From assembly GCA_024137785.1 (NCBI GenBank), contig JAHRHZ010000111.1, forward strand, positions 25,099,298 to 25,163,297: 64,000 bases of DNA, written 5' to 3'. Positions 26,831-40,390 of this stretch are shown here, in pieces. Position numbers and translations under genes: made by a program. How positions within the stretch are numbered: the stretch's first letter is position 1; each line of letters opens with the position of its first letter. This DNA is from Ginglymostoma cirratum (lineage: Eukaryota). Below the pieces are notes generated by a model. It saw only the letters and a program-made list of their open reading frames with translations, did no database searches and was not told the DNA's origin.

Positions 26831-27519
26831 GCCTGTGCAAGGAAGCTCCCAGTTTTCTCGGTGGTGGTCACAGAGCAGGTCTAAGGAGTCCAGGCCACAA
26901 CCCGAACCTCAAACTCTGAAGATTGAGGGGGAACTTCATTTAGTTGCAACCCTATTGTTAGGGGATGATTCAGAATGCTCGAGGCATTTCATGTCATTCT
27001 TGGCATCTGATAGGCTGAATATCAGCAACAGAGGTCATCCACAGGTTCAATCCCAGTATCATTGCTAGGAGCATATCTGCAATCAGTTTCTGGGGCCTCT
27101 GTCTATTCAGTCTCATGAGGGTACGATTATGATGCCTCCTGATTGAAACAGTGTGATCACAATTACCACCTGGGCTCTCAGATGAAGAATGATCATTCTT
27201 CGCCTGGGCTATCATTGCAGATCCAGGGAAGCCTCCTGTTCTTCACAGAAGTAACATTGTTGTTTGCACAAGGATGAGTAGTGAAAATCAGTGACCAATT
27301 TGAAAACCAAGACCAACAAAGCAGAGATTGGATGCGTTCTCCAAGAGCAACTTCTCATGTGGCTATGATCGTGGTTGCTTAACAATAGTGCAACAGGGAA
27401 CACTGGTTTGTCTATCCCTGAGTCAAGATTCAGCTTAGAGCATTATCAATTAATTTATTTAGATACTAAAAAATTAATGTTTGACTAGGAATTATTAAAC
27501 CCCTATGTAAAACTATAAA

Positions 27520-27860
27520 ATCTGAAATATCAGAATGAGGGTATTTAGCTCATCATGATTGTACTAGCTCTTTGCAGGAGCTCTTATTCACTTCACAACA
27601 CCCCCACTTTCTTTTCCCATAGCTTTTATAATGTTACCCCTCCAAATATTTATCAAGTTGCCCTTTGAAAGTTACTACTGAGTTTGCACACCACCCTTTC
27701 AGGCTTCAGATTATAACAATGTGCTGAATAATCTTGTTTTCCTCATGCCATATTTGGTTCTTCTGCCAGTCTATTTCCTTCAGTCACTAGCCCTTCTGCC
27801 ACTGGCAACAATTTGTTGTTATTTACGTTAACAAACCCCTCATTATTAGGATGTAGAGAA
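27520..27860 (-). mobile_element. Old CR1 LINE 3' end
   Basis: Reverse-complement CR1 3'UTR and C-terminal remnants (tttatcaagttgccctttgaaagttactactgag...). Confidence 0.6.
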
Positions 27861-28089
27861 ATGGGTTAATGTTTATGTTAATCAGACTTGGAGGAAATGA
27901 TAATGCAAATACAAGGGCTGGACTGAAGAACAGTAAGGGGAAAGTCTTACAGACTTGATGCAGACATGGACAAAAGACTTGAATTCCAGAGGTGAGGTGA
28001 AAGTGACTATTTTTGGCATCAAAGGTGCATTTGATTGAGCATGGAAGAAAGGAGTGGGCAAAACTGGGGGGAGACAGTGGGAAACAGGA

Positions 28090-29147
28090 CAAAACCTCTT
28101 TGCCGCTTGGTATCATACCTGGCACAAAGAGAGGTCAGGTCGTCTCAGGTGCGGGGTATCTTTGCAGGAGTTCCTCAGGGTAGTTTCCTAGGCCCAACCA
28201 TCTTCAGCTGCTTCATCAATAACCTTCCCTCCATCATAAGGTCAGAAGTCAGGAGTCTGTTGATGATTGCACAATGTTCAGCACCATTTGTGACTCTTCA
28301 GATACTGAAGCAGCCCATGTCCAAACTTAGCAAGACCTGGACAATATTCAGGTTTGGCCTGACAAGTGGTAAGTAACATTCACACCACATAAATGCCAGG
28401 CAATGTCCATCTCCAACGAGAAAATCTAACCATCACCCCTTGACATTCAATGGCATTGCTATTATTTATTCCCTTTGACATACTGATCATGTATCAATAT
28501 CCTGGGGGTTACCATTGACCAGAAAGTGAAGTGAACAAGCCAAATAACTATTGTGGCTAAAAGAGCAGGTGATAGGCTGGGAAATCTGCAACAGGTAACT
28601 CACCTTCTGACTCCCGAAAGCTTGTCCACCTTCCATAAGGTACAAGTCAGGAGTGTGATGGAATACTCCCTCACTTGCCTGGATGAGCTCCACTCCAAGA
28701 AGCTTGACACCATCTGGGAAAAACAGCCCACTTATTTGACACCATATCCACAAACGTTCACTCCCTCCACCACCAATGCTTAGCAGCAGCAGCAATCTAC
28801 ACCACGTACAAGTCGCACTGTGAAAATTCACCAAAGGCTCCTTAGGCAAAGAATCCAAATCCATAATCACTACCATCAAGAAGGACAAGGGCAGCAGACA
28901 CATGGGAACACCACCACATGCATGCTCCCCTCATCATCTTCACTCAGAAATATATTGCTGCTCCTTCACTGTTCTAGGGTCAAAATCCTGGAATTCCCTC
29001 CCTAACGGTATTGAGTCTACCTAAATCAAATGAATCGCAGTGGTTCACAAAGGCAGCTTATCACCACCTTCACAATGTTATCTCGAGATCAGCAATAATT
29101 GCTGGCCCAGCCAGCAACAACCCACATCACATGAATGAATTTTAAAA
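28090..29147 (+). mobile_element. L2/CR1-group LINE 3' fragment with RT domain
   Basis: AGVPQGSFLGPTIFSCFINNLPSIIRSEV, decayed FADD, QQVTHLLTPESLSTFHKVQVRSVMEYS, tail tgaatgaattttaaaaa. Confidence 0.88.
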
Positions 29148-29399
29148 AGTTGTTTACCATGAAGTCTATACATAAAGTGTTCACAAAACAAGAACACAGC
29201 CTATGGCAAAGTTACTCAGAATCACTGATTGCTAAGGTGCACAAGGGGATCATTTAGCCACTGTTTCTGAACTGGATTTCTAATCATTTCAACTTAGTGC
29301 TGATCACCTGCTTCTACCCATCATACCCCACAGCCCTTCTAGCCTGCTTCTATTTATATGATCATCCAATGCTGTCAAGAATTGCTCAACTGAACCTGT

Positions 29400-30265
29400 C
29401 TCCACCACATATCCACTTGTCTATGCCCACTGGTCTCTCTTTTCCTGCATTTTTAACAGTGTATCATTTTATTTATATTCCCTCTACCTCATTCTCCCGA
29501 AAAAATATGTCTTGCCATTAAATTTATTCTATCCATTATCCCATTTCACCAGTCTGCCTATTTCTTTGACTGAACTGCCTTCATTGTTTGTATTATTTCA
29601 AAGTTCCCTCTCAGCTGCAAATTTTGAAAATGTCGCTTGTATACCCAAGTCCATGTCAGTGATATATACCAAAAAGAGTAGTGATCATAGCACCGACCTC
29701 TGGAGGGAGCGCCACTTAATAGCACGCTGTAAACCAACCACTCAGTGCCAGCTTCCGTCCCTTCCACAATTTCCTTCACCAAAGCTGTATCCACTTTCAT
29801 TCTGCGGACTTCAATTCTGCTAACAAGTCTGTTATGTTGTGCTTTAGCAAATACATTTTGAAGGTACACATACATTACATCAACAGCACCATTCCCATCA
29901 ATTCTTTCAGTTAGTTCAGAAAGGATGCAAGTAGTCAATCATAGTTTACCTTTAACAATTTTTTGTTGGCTTTAAGTCAATCACATAATTTTTTGAAGTG
30001 GTAATTAGTATTGCCTTGGATGAAATCCTTGAGTGTTTCCTCACAGGGTGCTAGATTGATTGATCTCCCATTAATCTGCTTGTTATTCTGCTCCTTTTTT
30101 TCGCCCTGAGAAGGAGAGCAATTTTGCAGTGCTCTGGTATCAATTCCACATCTGATGAGGATTTGAAGGTTGTGGCCAGGCCCACTGCAATTTCTATCCT
30201 TCCTTCAACTAGCTAGCCAGCATTCATCCCATTCTGACAAGATGACATTTCTACATTGAGCACTC
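29400..30265 (-). mobile_element. Old CR1 LINE RT fragment
   Basis: ORF 29558-29938 ...GAVDVMYVYLQNVFAKAQHNRLVSRI (decayed VDVVYMDFQKAFDKVPH). Confidence 0.8.
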
Positions 30266-30267
30266 TG

Positions 30268-33200
30268 CAACATAGGCAAGATAGGAAAGAGGACCTGTTC
30301 AGGGATTATCAGGGGGTAGGAATGAAATTAAAGAGCAGGTCCTCAAGGGTTACAATCTCTGGATTATTGCCCGAGCCACGTGCAAATTGGCATAGGACAC
30401 AGGAATAAGGGAAGTAAACACGTGGCTAAAAGAGTGATGCAGGAAAGAGGGTTCCTTTTCATGAGGCACTAGCATCAGTATTGGAACAGGAGGGATCTGT
30501 ACCACTGGGACGGTCGCCATCTGAACCGAGCTGGGACGAATATTCCAGCGAAAAGGGTAAATAGGCTGGTCAACAGGACTTTAACTGAGAAAGTTTGGTG
30601 GGGGGGGGGGATGTTGGGGGGAGGGAAGGGTAAAACTTACCCCAGTGGCAAACAAAGCAACAGGCTAACATCTGTAGGGGAAGATTCCACCGTGTGGAAA
30701 AATATGAAAAGAATGACGGGAAAGGAGAACTCAGAAGAGGTTACTGAAGTCTCCAGCACAGACACAAATAGGATAGTATTTGGACAGGGTTAGGTATCAA
30801 ACTTCAGGCACACTGGATAAACGAGTGACAATGAGAGATGGTTAATACAGGATTGAAGGTGTTATATCTGAATGCACGCCACATAAGGAATAAGGTAAAT
30901 GAGCTTGTGGCACAGATCGCAACTGGCAGGTATGATGTGGTAGGTATCATGGACAGGTGGCTACAAGGGAGTCAGGATTGGGAGCTGAATATCCAAGGAT
31001 ATACATCCTATCGAAAAGATAGGCAGGTAGGCAGAGGGGGTGGGGTTGCCTTATTAGTAATAAATGAAATTAAATCAATAGTAAGAAATGAAATAGGGTC
31101 AGATGGTGTAGAACCTGTGTGGGTAGAGCTCAGGAACCTCAGAGGTTGAAAAAAAACACCATAGTTGGAGTTATGTACAGGCCTCCAAACAGTGATCAGG
31201 AGCTGGGGAGCAAGATACACCAGGAGACAGAAAAGGTGTGTAAGAAAGGCAAAGTTACAGTGATCATGGGTGATTTCAGTATGCGGGTGGACTGGGAAAA
31301 TCAGGTTGGCAGTGGATTGCAAGAAAAGGAATTTGTGAAATGTCTATGAGATGGCTTTTTGGAACAGCTTATGGATGAGCCCACTAGGGAACAGGCAATA
31401 CTGGATTTAGGGTTGTGCAATGAGGCAGACTTGATAATGGAGCTTAAGGTAAAGGAATCCTAAGGAGGCAATGACCATAATATGATTGAATTTACTCTGA
31501 AGTTTGAGAGGGACAAGATAGGATCAGAGGTAACGGTATTACAGCTGAATAAAGACAACTACAAAGGCATGAGGAAAGAGCTGGGCAGAATTGGCTGGGA
31601 GGGGAGCCTAGCAGGACAGATAGCAGAATAGCAATGGCAGCAGTTTCTGGGAGTAATTCAGGAGACACAGCAAATATTCATCTCTAGGAAAAAGAAGCAC
31701 AGTACAGGGAGGATGCTGCAACCGTGGCTGACAAGGGAAGTCAGGGATAGCATAAAAGCAAAAGAGAAAGCATATAATGTGGCAAAGGGCAGTGGGACAC
31801 CAGAGGATTGGAGAGGTTACAAAGACCAACAAAAAAAAAAGAAGTGATAAGATTAAATATGAGGGTAAGTTAACTAGTAATATAAAGGAAGACGGTAAGA
31901 GTTTCTTTAGATTTCTAAAGGGCAAAAGAGAGGCAAAAATGGACATTGGACCACTGGAAAATGACGCTGGAGAGATAGTAATGTGGAACAAGGAAATGGT
32001 TGAGGAACTGAATCATTATTTTGCGTCAGTTTTCACAGTAGAAGACACGAGTAATATCCCAAAATTTCAAGAGGGTTAGGGGGCACAGCTGAGTATGGTG
32101 GCCATCACCCTGGTGAAGGTACTAGTGAAACTGAATGGTTTGAAGATGGATAAATCACCTGGACCAGATGGACTACACCCCAGAGTTCTAAAGGAGATCG
32201 CTGAAGAGGTAGTGGAGGCGTTAGTGGTGATCTTTCAGGAATCGCTAGTGTCAGGGAGAGTCCCAGAGGACTGGAAAATAGCTAACATGACACCCCTGTT
32301 TAAAAATGGAGTAAAGCAAAAGATTGAAAATTACAGGCCGACTAGCCTAACCTTGGTCGTGGGTAAGATTTTAGAGTCCATTGTGAAGGATGAGATTTCT
32401 GAATACTTGGAAATGCATGGCAAAATAGAGCAAAGTCAGCATGGCTTCATCAAGGGGAGGTCATCTCTGACAAATCTTGTTAGAATTCTTTGAGGATGTA
32501 ACAAGCAGGTTAGACCAAGGAGAGCCAATGGATATTATCCACTTGGACTTCAAGAAGGCTTTTGACAAGGTGCCGCACAGGAGGCTGCTGAGTAAGACAA
32601 GGGCCCACGGTGTTAGAAACAAGGTTCTAGCATGGATAGAAGATTGGCTGTTTGGCAGAAAGCAGAGAGTGGGGTTAATAGGGTCCTTTTCAGATGGCAA
32701 CTGGTGACAAGTGGTGTTTCACAAGGGTCAGTATTGGGACCATAACTTTTCACGTTATACATTAATAATCTAGATGTAGGAACTAAGGGCATTCTGGCAA
32801 CGTTTGCAGACAATACAAATACAGACAGAGGGACAGGTAGTATTTAGGATGTGGGGAGGCTGCAGAAGGATTTGGATAGGTTAGGAGAGTGGACAAAGAA
32901 GTGGCAGATGGAGTACAACGTGGGAAAGTGTGGGGTCATGCACTTTGGTAAGAAGAATAGAGTTATGGACTTTTTCTAAATGGGGAGAAAATTCAGAAAT
33001 CTGAAGTGCAAAGGGACTTGGGGGTTCTAGTCCAGGATTCTCTCAAGGTAAACTTGCAGGTTGAGTCAGTAGTCAGGAAGGCAAATACAACTTTGGCATT
33101 TATTTTGAGAGGACTTGAATATAAAGACAGGGATGTACTACTGAGGTTTTATAAGGCTCTGGTCAGGCCACATTTGGAGTATTGTGTGCAGTTTGGGCCC

Positions 33201-33726
33201 CATATCTCAGGAAAGATGTACTGGCCCTGGAGCAGGTTCATAGGAGGTTCATGAGAATGGTCCCAGGAATGAAAAGCCTAACATATGAGGAATGTTTGAG
33301 GACACTGGGCCTATACTCGATTGAGTTTAGGAGGATGAGGGGAGATATAATTGAAACTTACAGAATACTGAATGGCCTGGACAGAGCGGATGCTGGGAAG
33401 ATGGTTCCATTGGTAGAAGAGACTAGGACCCGAGGGCACAGCTTTACAGTAAAGGGAAGACCTTTTAGAATGGAGATAAGGGGAAACTTCTTCAGCCAGA
33501 GAGTGGTGAATCTATTGAATTCACTGCCACAGACAGCTGTGGAGGCCAGATCATTGAGTGTATTTAAGACTGAGTTAGACAGGTTCTTGATTGTCAAGGG
33601 GATCAAGAGTTACGGGGAGAAAGCAGGAGAATGTGGTTGAGAAAGTCATCAGTCTTGATTCAAAAGCGGAGCAGATTCGATGGACTGAATGGCCTAATTT
33701 CTGCACCTATATCTTATGGTCTTATG
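30268..33726 (+). mobile_element. Long 5'-truncated CR1 LINE: ORF1 SGNH-esterase C-terminus plus complete but disrupted ORF2 (APE + RT)
   Basis: ORF1 remnant LKSRSSRVTISGLLPEPRAN and WDGRHLNRAGT. ORF2 from ~30838: LYLNARHIRNK, YRPPNS, MGDF, SPGPDGLHPRVLKE, DFKKAFDKVPH, GVSQGSVLGP, FADN, RPHLEYCVQ. Tail tcttatggtcttatg. Several stops and frameshifts. Confidence 0.95.
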
Positions 33727-34512
33727 AGGGTGATGATTCTGAAAGGGTTAATGTTGGAGATTGCATTAGGGTCCACCTAATCTGGTGATGTTATACATTC
33801 CTGGTGGAGAATGAGGAGTACAGCTTGTGATCCCGATGGATTCAGATGTGTCATATCTAGGACCTCATAAAAGTTGTCATTATGCCTAACTGTTCAAGGT
33901 AACTTTTATACATTGCTATTGTGCAATAAACTCCATCTTGTTGTTGAGTCAAGTGTCTCTGGTTCATCCTCTACACCGATTAACTGAAAAAAGCCTTTAG
34001 TCCCAGTATACGGATGAGGTTTAGTAGCAGTTCTCTATCGTAACCACAAGTTGCTCATGGTTTGGTCTAAAAGCATTGGATAGGCACTGCCAGCAGTCTT
34101 AGTGCATTTATTTAATCTATTTTTATCCTATAAGATTTCTCTGGTACCACCTCCTTGTTGTAAAATTTGCAGCATATTCTCACGACATGATGAGGGATAC
34201 GAAGTTCTAATTTTGTACAGTTAACTTTGCCCTCTTTTTCTCCTCTTGACAATGTGTCTAGCCTGTCCCCAAACTAATCTTCCTTGATGGCCTCCTGCCA
34301 TGTATTTACAGTTACATGTGCGACCTTTGATTCCAATCTAGCTAGATCTAACTCCCTTATAACTCAATGAAATTAGACATACACCAGTGGCATATTTTCA
34401 CAATAATCTGTCCTGGTCATTTTTCCATAACTATTCTAAACCCAATGATATTAAGGTATTAATATTAATGATACATTTCTTAAATGTTCTTTCACTGAAC
34501 TATACTCCACTT

Positions 34513-34609
34513 CCCTGAAGAAGAGTTGCTGGAGCCGAAATGCTGACTCTGCCTTCTCTCCACAGATACTGCAAGACTTGCTGAGTTTCTCCAGCAATTT
34601 TTATTTTTG
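34513..34609 (+). mobile_element. Short Penelope-like pLTR insertion
   Basis: ctgaagaagagttgctggagccgaaatgctgactctgccttctctccacagat...; TSD tatactcYactt at 34501-34512 and 34610-34621. Confidence 0.75.
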
Positions 34610-35218
34610 TATACTCTACTTGCGCCATTTCAGACCCAGAACTCATTCTAGTATTGCTCTCTTCCTCATGAGCATGAAAACTACAAATCAAGAAAATTCT
34701 CGTGCATACATTTCAAGAATTCTTTGTCCTCATGGCTATTTACACTGTCATTGTCCCAGGATAAATTAAGACTCTTCCATTTCTCAACTAAATTTTTTTG
34801 CGATGTCCTTTGGAGGGCTATTTGGAGGCCTATTACATAAACCAAGTAATATAATAGTTCCTTTATTGTTAAACCTAAACAAATAGATTCTGCCTTTGAA
34901 CTGTAAAGTATATTGTTCCTTCCAACCTCTTTCTTTCCTCTTTGCCTTTCCTTCTTTAATACATTGTAACTAGGAACTTGAAATGTCCATTTCTCCCCTT
35001 GCCTGAGCATGTCTCCATTATGGCCACAATACTAAAATCCCACGTGGCTGCGCGTGGTTGACCAATGTCATTTATCATGTTTAAACACAGGTGGAAAAAG
35101 TTTAGCAATGTGCATTGCTTTCAGCAGAATGACATACACTGTACCAACTCCCCAGAAGCAAACAATGTGATAAGCTGCTACTTGCATGGCTTCCCTGGTG
35201 TCCTTTCATGTCATTAGT

Positions 35219-35422
35219 CATGACGTGGAGGTGCCGGTGTTCAACTGGGGTGGACAAAGTCAGAAGTCACATGACATCAGGTTATAGTCCAACAGGTTTG
35301 TTTGAAATCAGAAGCTTTCGGAGCACTACTCCTTCGTCAACTAAATATCCATTTATTAAACAATCAATGCAATGTAGCTAAATTAGGTGCTATTGACTGG
35401 ATACACTGCCGACTATAACCTA
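35219..35422 (-). mobile_element. Second Penelope-like pLTR family, containing a captured 71-bp local segment
   Basis: Minus (T)TGACGA-AGGAG-TAGTG-CTCC-GAAA-GCTT. Inverted-arm remnant gactataacct at 35411-35421. TSD atgtYattagt at 35208-35218 and 35423-35433. Confidence 0.7.
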
Positions 35423-35864
35423 ATGTTATTAGTGAGGGAACCAATGCACTGAAGATTGCAGTCTACAGAGGGGGTCAATATTCAATTTCTGTCTAGTGAT
35501 GCACATGAATAAATTTTTTCCCCATGCACCCTAATTGAATCTAGGTCTGTCTCGCATTCATTCCCACCTGCATCCAAATCTCTCCTATTCCAAACTGTCT
35601 TTAATGCTTTTTTGTCAGTCTCGATCCTTGTACCTTGTCTCTACACGCTTCATTGTGGTACCTGTCCCCTCATTAATTTAAGCCTTTACCTCCAACACTA
35701 GCCAACCTCCTTAAGGCCCTAACCCTGTTGTAGTGAAACCCTTCCAATTTTCACAGGTGCCTTCTGCCTCAGACTTGGTCCAAATGCACCAGCAACCTAA
35801 AGCCCTCTCTCTTGTCATGTATTAAATTCTCTTACCTGACCATTCCTCAACTCATATGCTCATG

Positions 35865-35952
35865 AAACAAAAACAGAAAATGCTGGAAAAACTCAGCAGG
35901 TCTGGTAGCATCTGTGGAGAGAAATCAGAGTTAAGGATCCAGTGACGCTTCT
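35865..35952 (-). mobile_element. Short Penelope-like pLTR insertion (GAAA box deleted)
   Basis: Same family as 4424-4554. 13-bp TSD tcatatgctcatg at 35852-35864 and 35953-35965. Confidence 0.8.
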
Positions 35953-38900
35953 TCATATGCTCATGTGTGTGTGTGACACTGCAGGGGTGCTACTTTCTAG
36001 CTTTGTCCTCAGCTTCCAAAACTGTTGATTGGACCTCTGTATTTTTCCTTTTCACATCATTGATTTCAAAATGAGTTATGGTTTCAGCTATCCCTCTTCC
36101 CTGCACGCACGTAAAAAAAACTCGGTTCAGTGACAGCCTTTACTCTCACAGAGGGAGCTGAACTACTGTGCGAGATTCAGTACAGCAGTAACAGAAATAA
36201 CTGCCTATCCCACCATTCAATCTCTTACAACCATCTTTATAGAAATTGCTGGTTGTGTGATAGGTGAAAGTTCTCCCATCTGAATTTCAATCTTTCACCG
36301 TTGATACATCCTTCTGTTATCTACTCCATTGCATAGGCATGGCCATTGTTTCATTGGCCTTGCTTCTTTGCCACTTTTTGAGTCATGCTCTTCCAAATTT
36401 GATGTCCTGACTCTATTCAAAGCTAAGCCTGCTTTGCCGTTTCTTAATATAGCACATTATTTTCCAGAATCTTCAAACGGCAGAGCTCCTTACACCTCTC
36501 GGACTTGCCGCTCTCCTGACAGTACCCAAGTTGGACTGGGTATTATGCCAGACCGCAGCAGGATCTCAATGGAGCCCTTGTTTGGCCTGGTACTGAATTA
36601 CATTAGTAGCAGGCAATGGCCATTTTAACAAAGACAAAGCTCATGTACTTCCTCATGACATTCAAATGCACCAGAATCGTCCAGCTTTATACCAATTAGG
36701 TCACCAATGGCCAAACATTAAAGTAGACCAACCACAGCAACATCATGCTATTCAGCAACAAATGGCTCAATGCTTAACTATGCAAAACCTCACCTGCAGT
36801 GCATGGCTAAAGTCAGAAGTGTGCAGAATATACTCATTTTGCCTGAGTCAGTATAGCTACTACAACAAACAGAGTAGTTCACTTACTCATGCTTGTGCTT
36901 TTTAACTAAATATCCATTTATTAAACAATCAACGTAATGTAGCTAAATTAGGGGCTATCCACTGGATACACTGCAGAAACTCATTCCAAGTTTCCTACAA
37001 GAGTACCTTCCAGCCCTGAGACCAAGAAAGAAAGCAGTAGCAATACCACAGAAACAGCAACACCGTTAAACATGGCTCTTGACTGGGGTAGGAATCAATT
37101 CCAATTCAACGACTGTGCCTTTATCAGTAACACTTGGTCCCTGTGATCTCCTAGACTAGCATTGATCACTTGCAAGGATTCAGCAAGGAATTATTTTACA
37201 AATTTTAAATGCACCTTATGTGCATTGTTCCACATCTATGCAAAGCACGTATAGCAAGCAGGTAGGGGGGAAAACTGCACACATTACATGCAGCCTTATA
37301 TTTGCTGTGTGTCAAAGGTCACCAGCTGATCTACATCACTTCACACTGGTTGTCTGAATATTAATCACTGGAAGGCATGTATTTTTCTGGTAGCAAAGTA
37401 CAAAACAATACTTGTTTTATTGTGTGAAGTTATGTACTGATATAAAATATTGGTAAATAGAATTCATTTTCAAAATTAAGCAACTGCTAATTAACTAAAA
37501 CTGTGTAACTGTGTGATGCATGACAATTATTGCCTTTGATTTAATCATTTTGCACATTAAAACGTCTGCTTTTCTCGGATAAATCTTTGTTTTGCAATTG
37601 CACTAGCTTCCATATACTGAGCGATTTTAGATTACCATCCAGAAGAAATGTTATGGATACAGTCTCCATAAGCTATTTGTTAGTCTGATGATGTTGGGTG
37701 ACACCTTTCTCTCCTCCCACACTGCACAAAAGTAATTCCCTGGTTTATTTCTAATTCCAGAACCAGAAACACAATAATTCAGACTGAATTACACAACTGT
37801 CTTGTGCTTATGGGTCTCCAGCCTGTGCAATGACTAAATGGTTACATAAGGTAAGCAGCATTTAATTCCATTAGCGGTGCATTAGCTGACCGTTTGAACA
37901 AAATTAATTTCACCCCTCAGAAAAGGTTGCTCGTTGACCATTTCCCTAACACATTTGGGTTACTGGTACCTTCGTTACTGAAGCTAAAAGATCTGCTTCC
38001 ATAAATCTCCACATTTTGTCTTCTACTTTACTGTGCTGGTGTTTCAAATTGATCTAGTCTTCGAGGGCTTTGTCTGAATCCTTTGTGTATAAGCCTAAAC
38101 ATTAACTTTTGGCACCCATTCTTGTCCTAAACTAAGAACCAGAGGGTCATTGGATAGCAATCAAGAATATGACCCTTGGGTGATTTTTGTCATTACTTGC
38201 CTGGGGCAGCAATATTAATTGCTGTTCCACCATCCCTGCTGCGGCTGTGAACTGCACATTCAGTAGAGATCAAGGACTGCATCTAAGGTCTGTATGGCAC
38301 AACGCCACACCACATAAGCAGTTACTTGCTAAGCCATCAGGGATGGAGTCCCTGCGATCAATTTGATATCTCACATTACAATGAAAGTGATAGATCAAGG
38401 GTAGTTTTTCTTCCACCTACATGCTCCCTGAAGGAAACCTATTACTTATATTTTACAGCACCTGGGGGCAATCAGGAAATCTGCATTGCCAGGACGCTAA
38501 CATGTAGATGAACCAAGATCCTACCATATTCCAAGGCATAAAACAACATGTAGCTCTTTGGAAGTCCCAGGCAAGATTCCTCCCTTGACAACTCAGGTTG
38601 TAATCTGCCTTTATATTTCATTTGTTTTTGTGGATCTTACTGTGTGAAATTTGTTCTTGGAGACAACCAGAAGACTTGTTAAGGCAGAATATTAGTACAA
38701 ATTTGTTCTCCTTTAAGGGAAGTCCAGCAGGTTATTCATCTGATCACAAAAATGATCATTTCTAAAACCTTTTTTTTCTGACTAACTGGGAAACCTATAA
38801 GCAAAGCCGACTGCTATGTTGAATGTCATGGGCAGCATACTGTATATCCCCTGAAGTTTTTAATGAGCCAACTATGTTCAGAGTTATGACAGTCTGCCTT

Positions 38901-39559
38901 TTGGTGAAAGCCTGTCATACCAAGATTACAGCTTGGTGGCCTCCTTCTGTGATTTTGTGGAGTTCCTGCTCTCAGCAGGAGCTCTTCCAAGTATTTGAAA
39001 AGTTGGAGACTCAAATCCACAAATGCAACAGATTCTATAGACAGTTTCATTTCAGTTTCCAAAGAATAATATTGAGCCTTGGTTTTGTCACAATCTTGCT
39101 GCCAGTCCACAAGGTAGAGCAAATGACAGCCAAACAAACAGTTCTATATTGACACCATCTGAGTATTTCATTCTAAGCATACCACTTTATAAATCCTATC
39201 ATTGGACCTCAGTGTCTAGGGCTGCACCCAATACATTAATCTCCACTTTCCTAATATCAGTCCCCATCCTCAAACCACTCCCCCCACCCCACCACCCCCA
39301 CACACATTCCTATGTGATCTCTGGTTCCCTCAACTGTGATTTTACACTCCCCTTATCACATGCTGCAACCCCCTCCCCAGAATTCAGAGTGATCTCACTG
39401 AATCTCCAATTGTCCACATTGCCTTTCTACAAGTGTCCACCCCATCACAAACTCCAAATACTCACCTCCTGTTTTTAATCTCCTACTGCCGAACCCCTCA
39501 CGATGTCCAAATGCTCATTCTTCACCCCAATCCAAAAATCCTCCTCATTGCACATTCCT

Positions 39560-40390
39560 GAGCAAATGTCGATGCCTTCCATGTAGTTTGTTAAACCCCT
39601 TACGACTTTGAACAGCACTGTTAAATCTCATTTTAACCATCTCAACTCAAAGTAGAACAATGTCAGCATCTGCAGTCTCTCCACATAAGTGAAGTCTTAT
39701 ATCTGCAGTACCATTCTAGTTCATCTCTTCTGCACACACTCCGATGCTTTTCTGGAGTGTTCAGCACCATGCCAGGACAGCAAGACAATCAACCAGGCTG
39801 ACATTTAGTTAAGAACGTGCACATGAGGGAGAGTTAAAACTCTATGCTTTTTGGAAACGAGAACTCCAACCTTTCACTTGGACATTGCATCCCTATGCCA
39901 TTATAAAAATAGCCAAGTGTCCTGCATTCTATTTTAGTAACTTGTCCAGGACCCTTCAAAAACAAGTGTACCCCAGTTCTCTCTATTCAGCACTTCCTTT
40001 AAAAAAAGGCTATTTTGGTATATTCCATTGTCTCAGGTGTTCTACTGATATGAATCACTCCACATTTCTCTGAATTAAACTGCATTTGCCATAGGTCTGT
40101 CCCTTTCATCTATTTGCCCATTTCCTCCTACTCTATTATCCTTCTCACTGTTTATTTAATTTTATATTCTCTGCAAACAAATTATACCTTGTGTAACAAA
40201 ACTGGGGTCATGCATATAGACTAAAGAAGAGCAGCAGTCCCAATACTGACACCTGAAGATGCCACTCCGCAACACCCTTCAATCTGAATATTAACTCTTC
40301 ACAATAATTTGATTTCTATCCTTTAGCTAATTTCATTTCCACACCATTATTGCCTCTAATTCTATGAATGCCTGACAAAGTCATTGATGT
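39560..40390 (-). mobile_element. Old CR1 LINE ORF2 3' fragment
   Basis: Reverse-complement remnants of RFTRM (accattctagttcatctcttctgcac) and GVPQGSVLG (cccaatactgacacctgaagatgccac) regions. Confidence 0.65.

Larger units (their letters stand above)
34200..36240 (-). mobile_element. Old CR1 LINE 5' part (APE and ORF1 remnants) with nested Penelope pieces
   Basis: ORF 34681-35010 includes NLSWDNDSVNSHEDKEFLKCMHENFL (APE region). ORF1-like remnants at 35700-35860. Confidence 0.65.

Noticed and set aside
28277-28286. RE1 left half-site TTCAGCACCA
   Set aside because: Part of the LINE RT coding sequence, with no right half-site.
30838-33639. Active LINE ORF2
   Set aside because: Multiple stops and frameshifts, and FADD changed to FADN; dead copy.
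36329-36905. ORFs with a faint integrase-like HYFPESSNGRA stretch
   Set aside because: No other retroviral motifs recognised; too weak to call.
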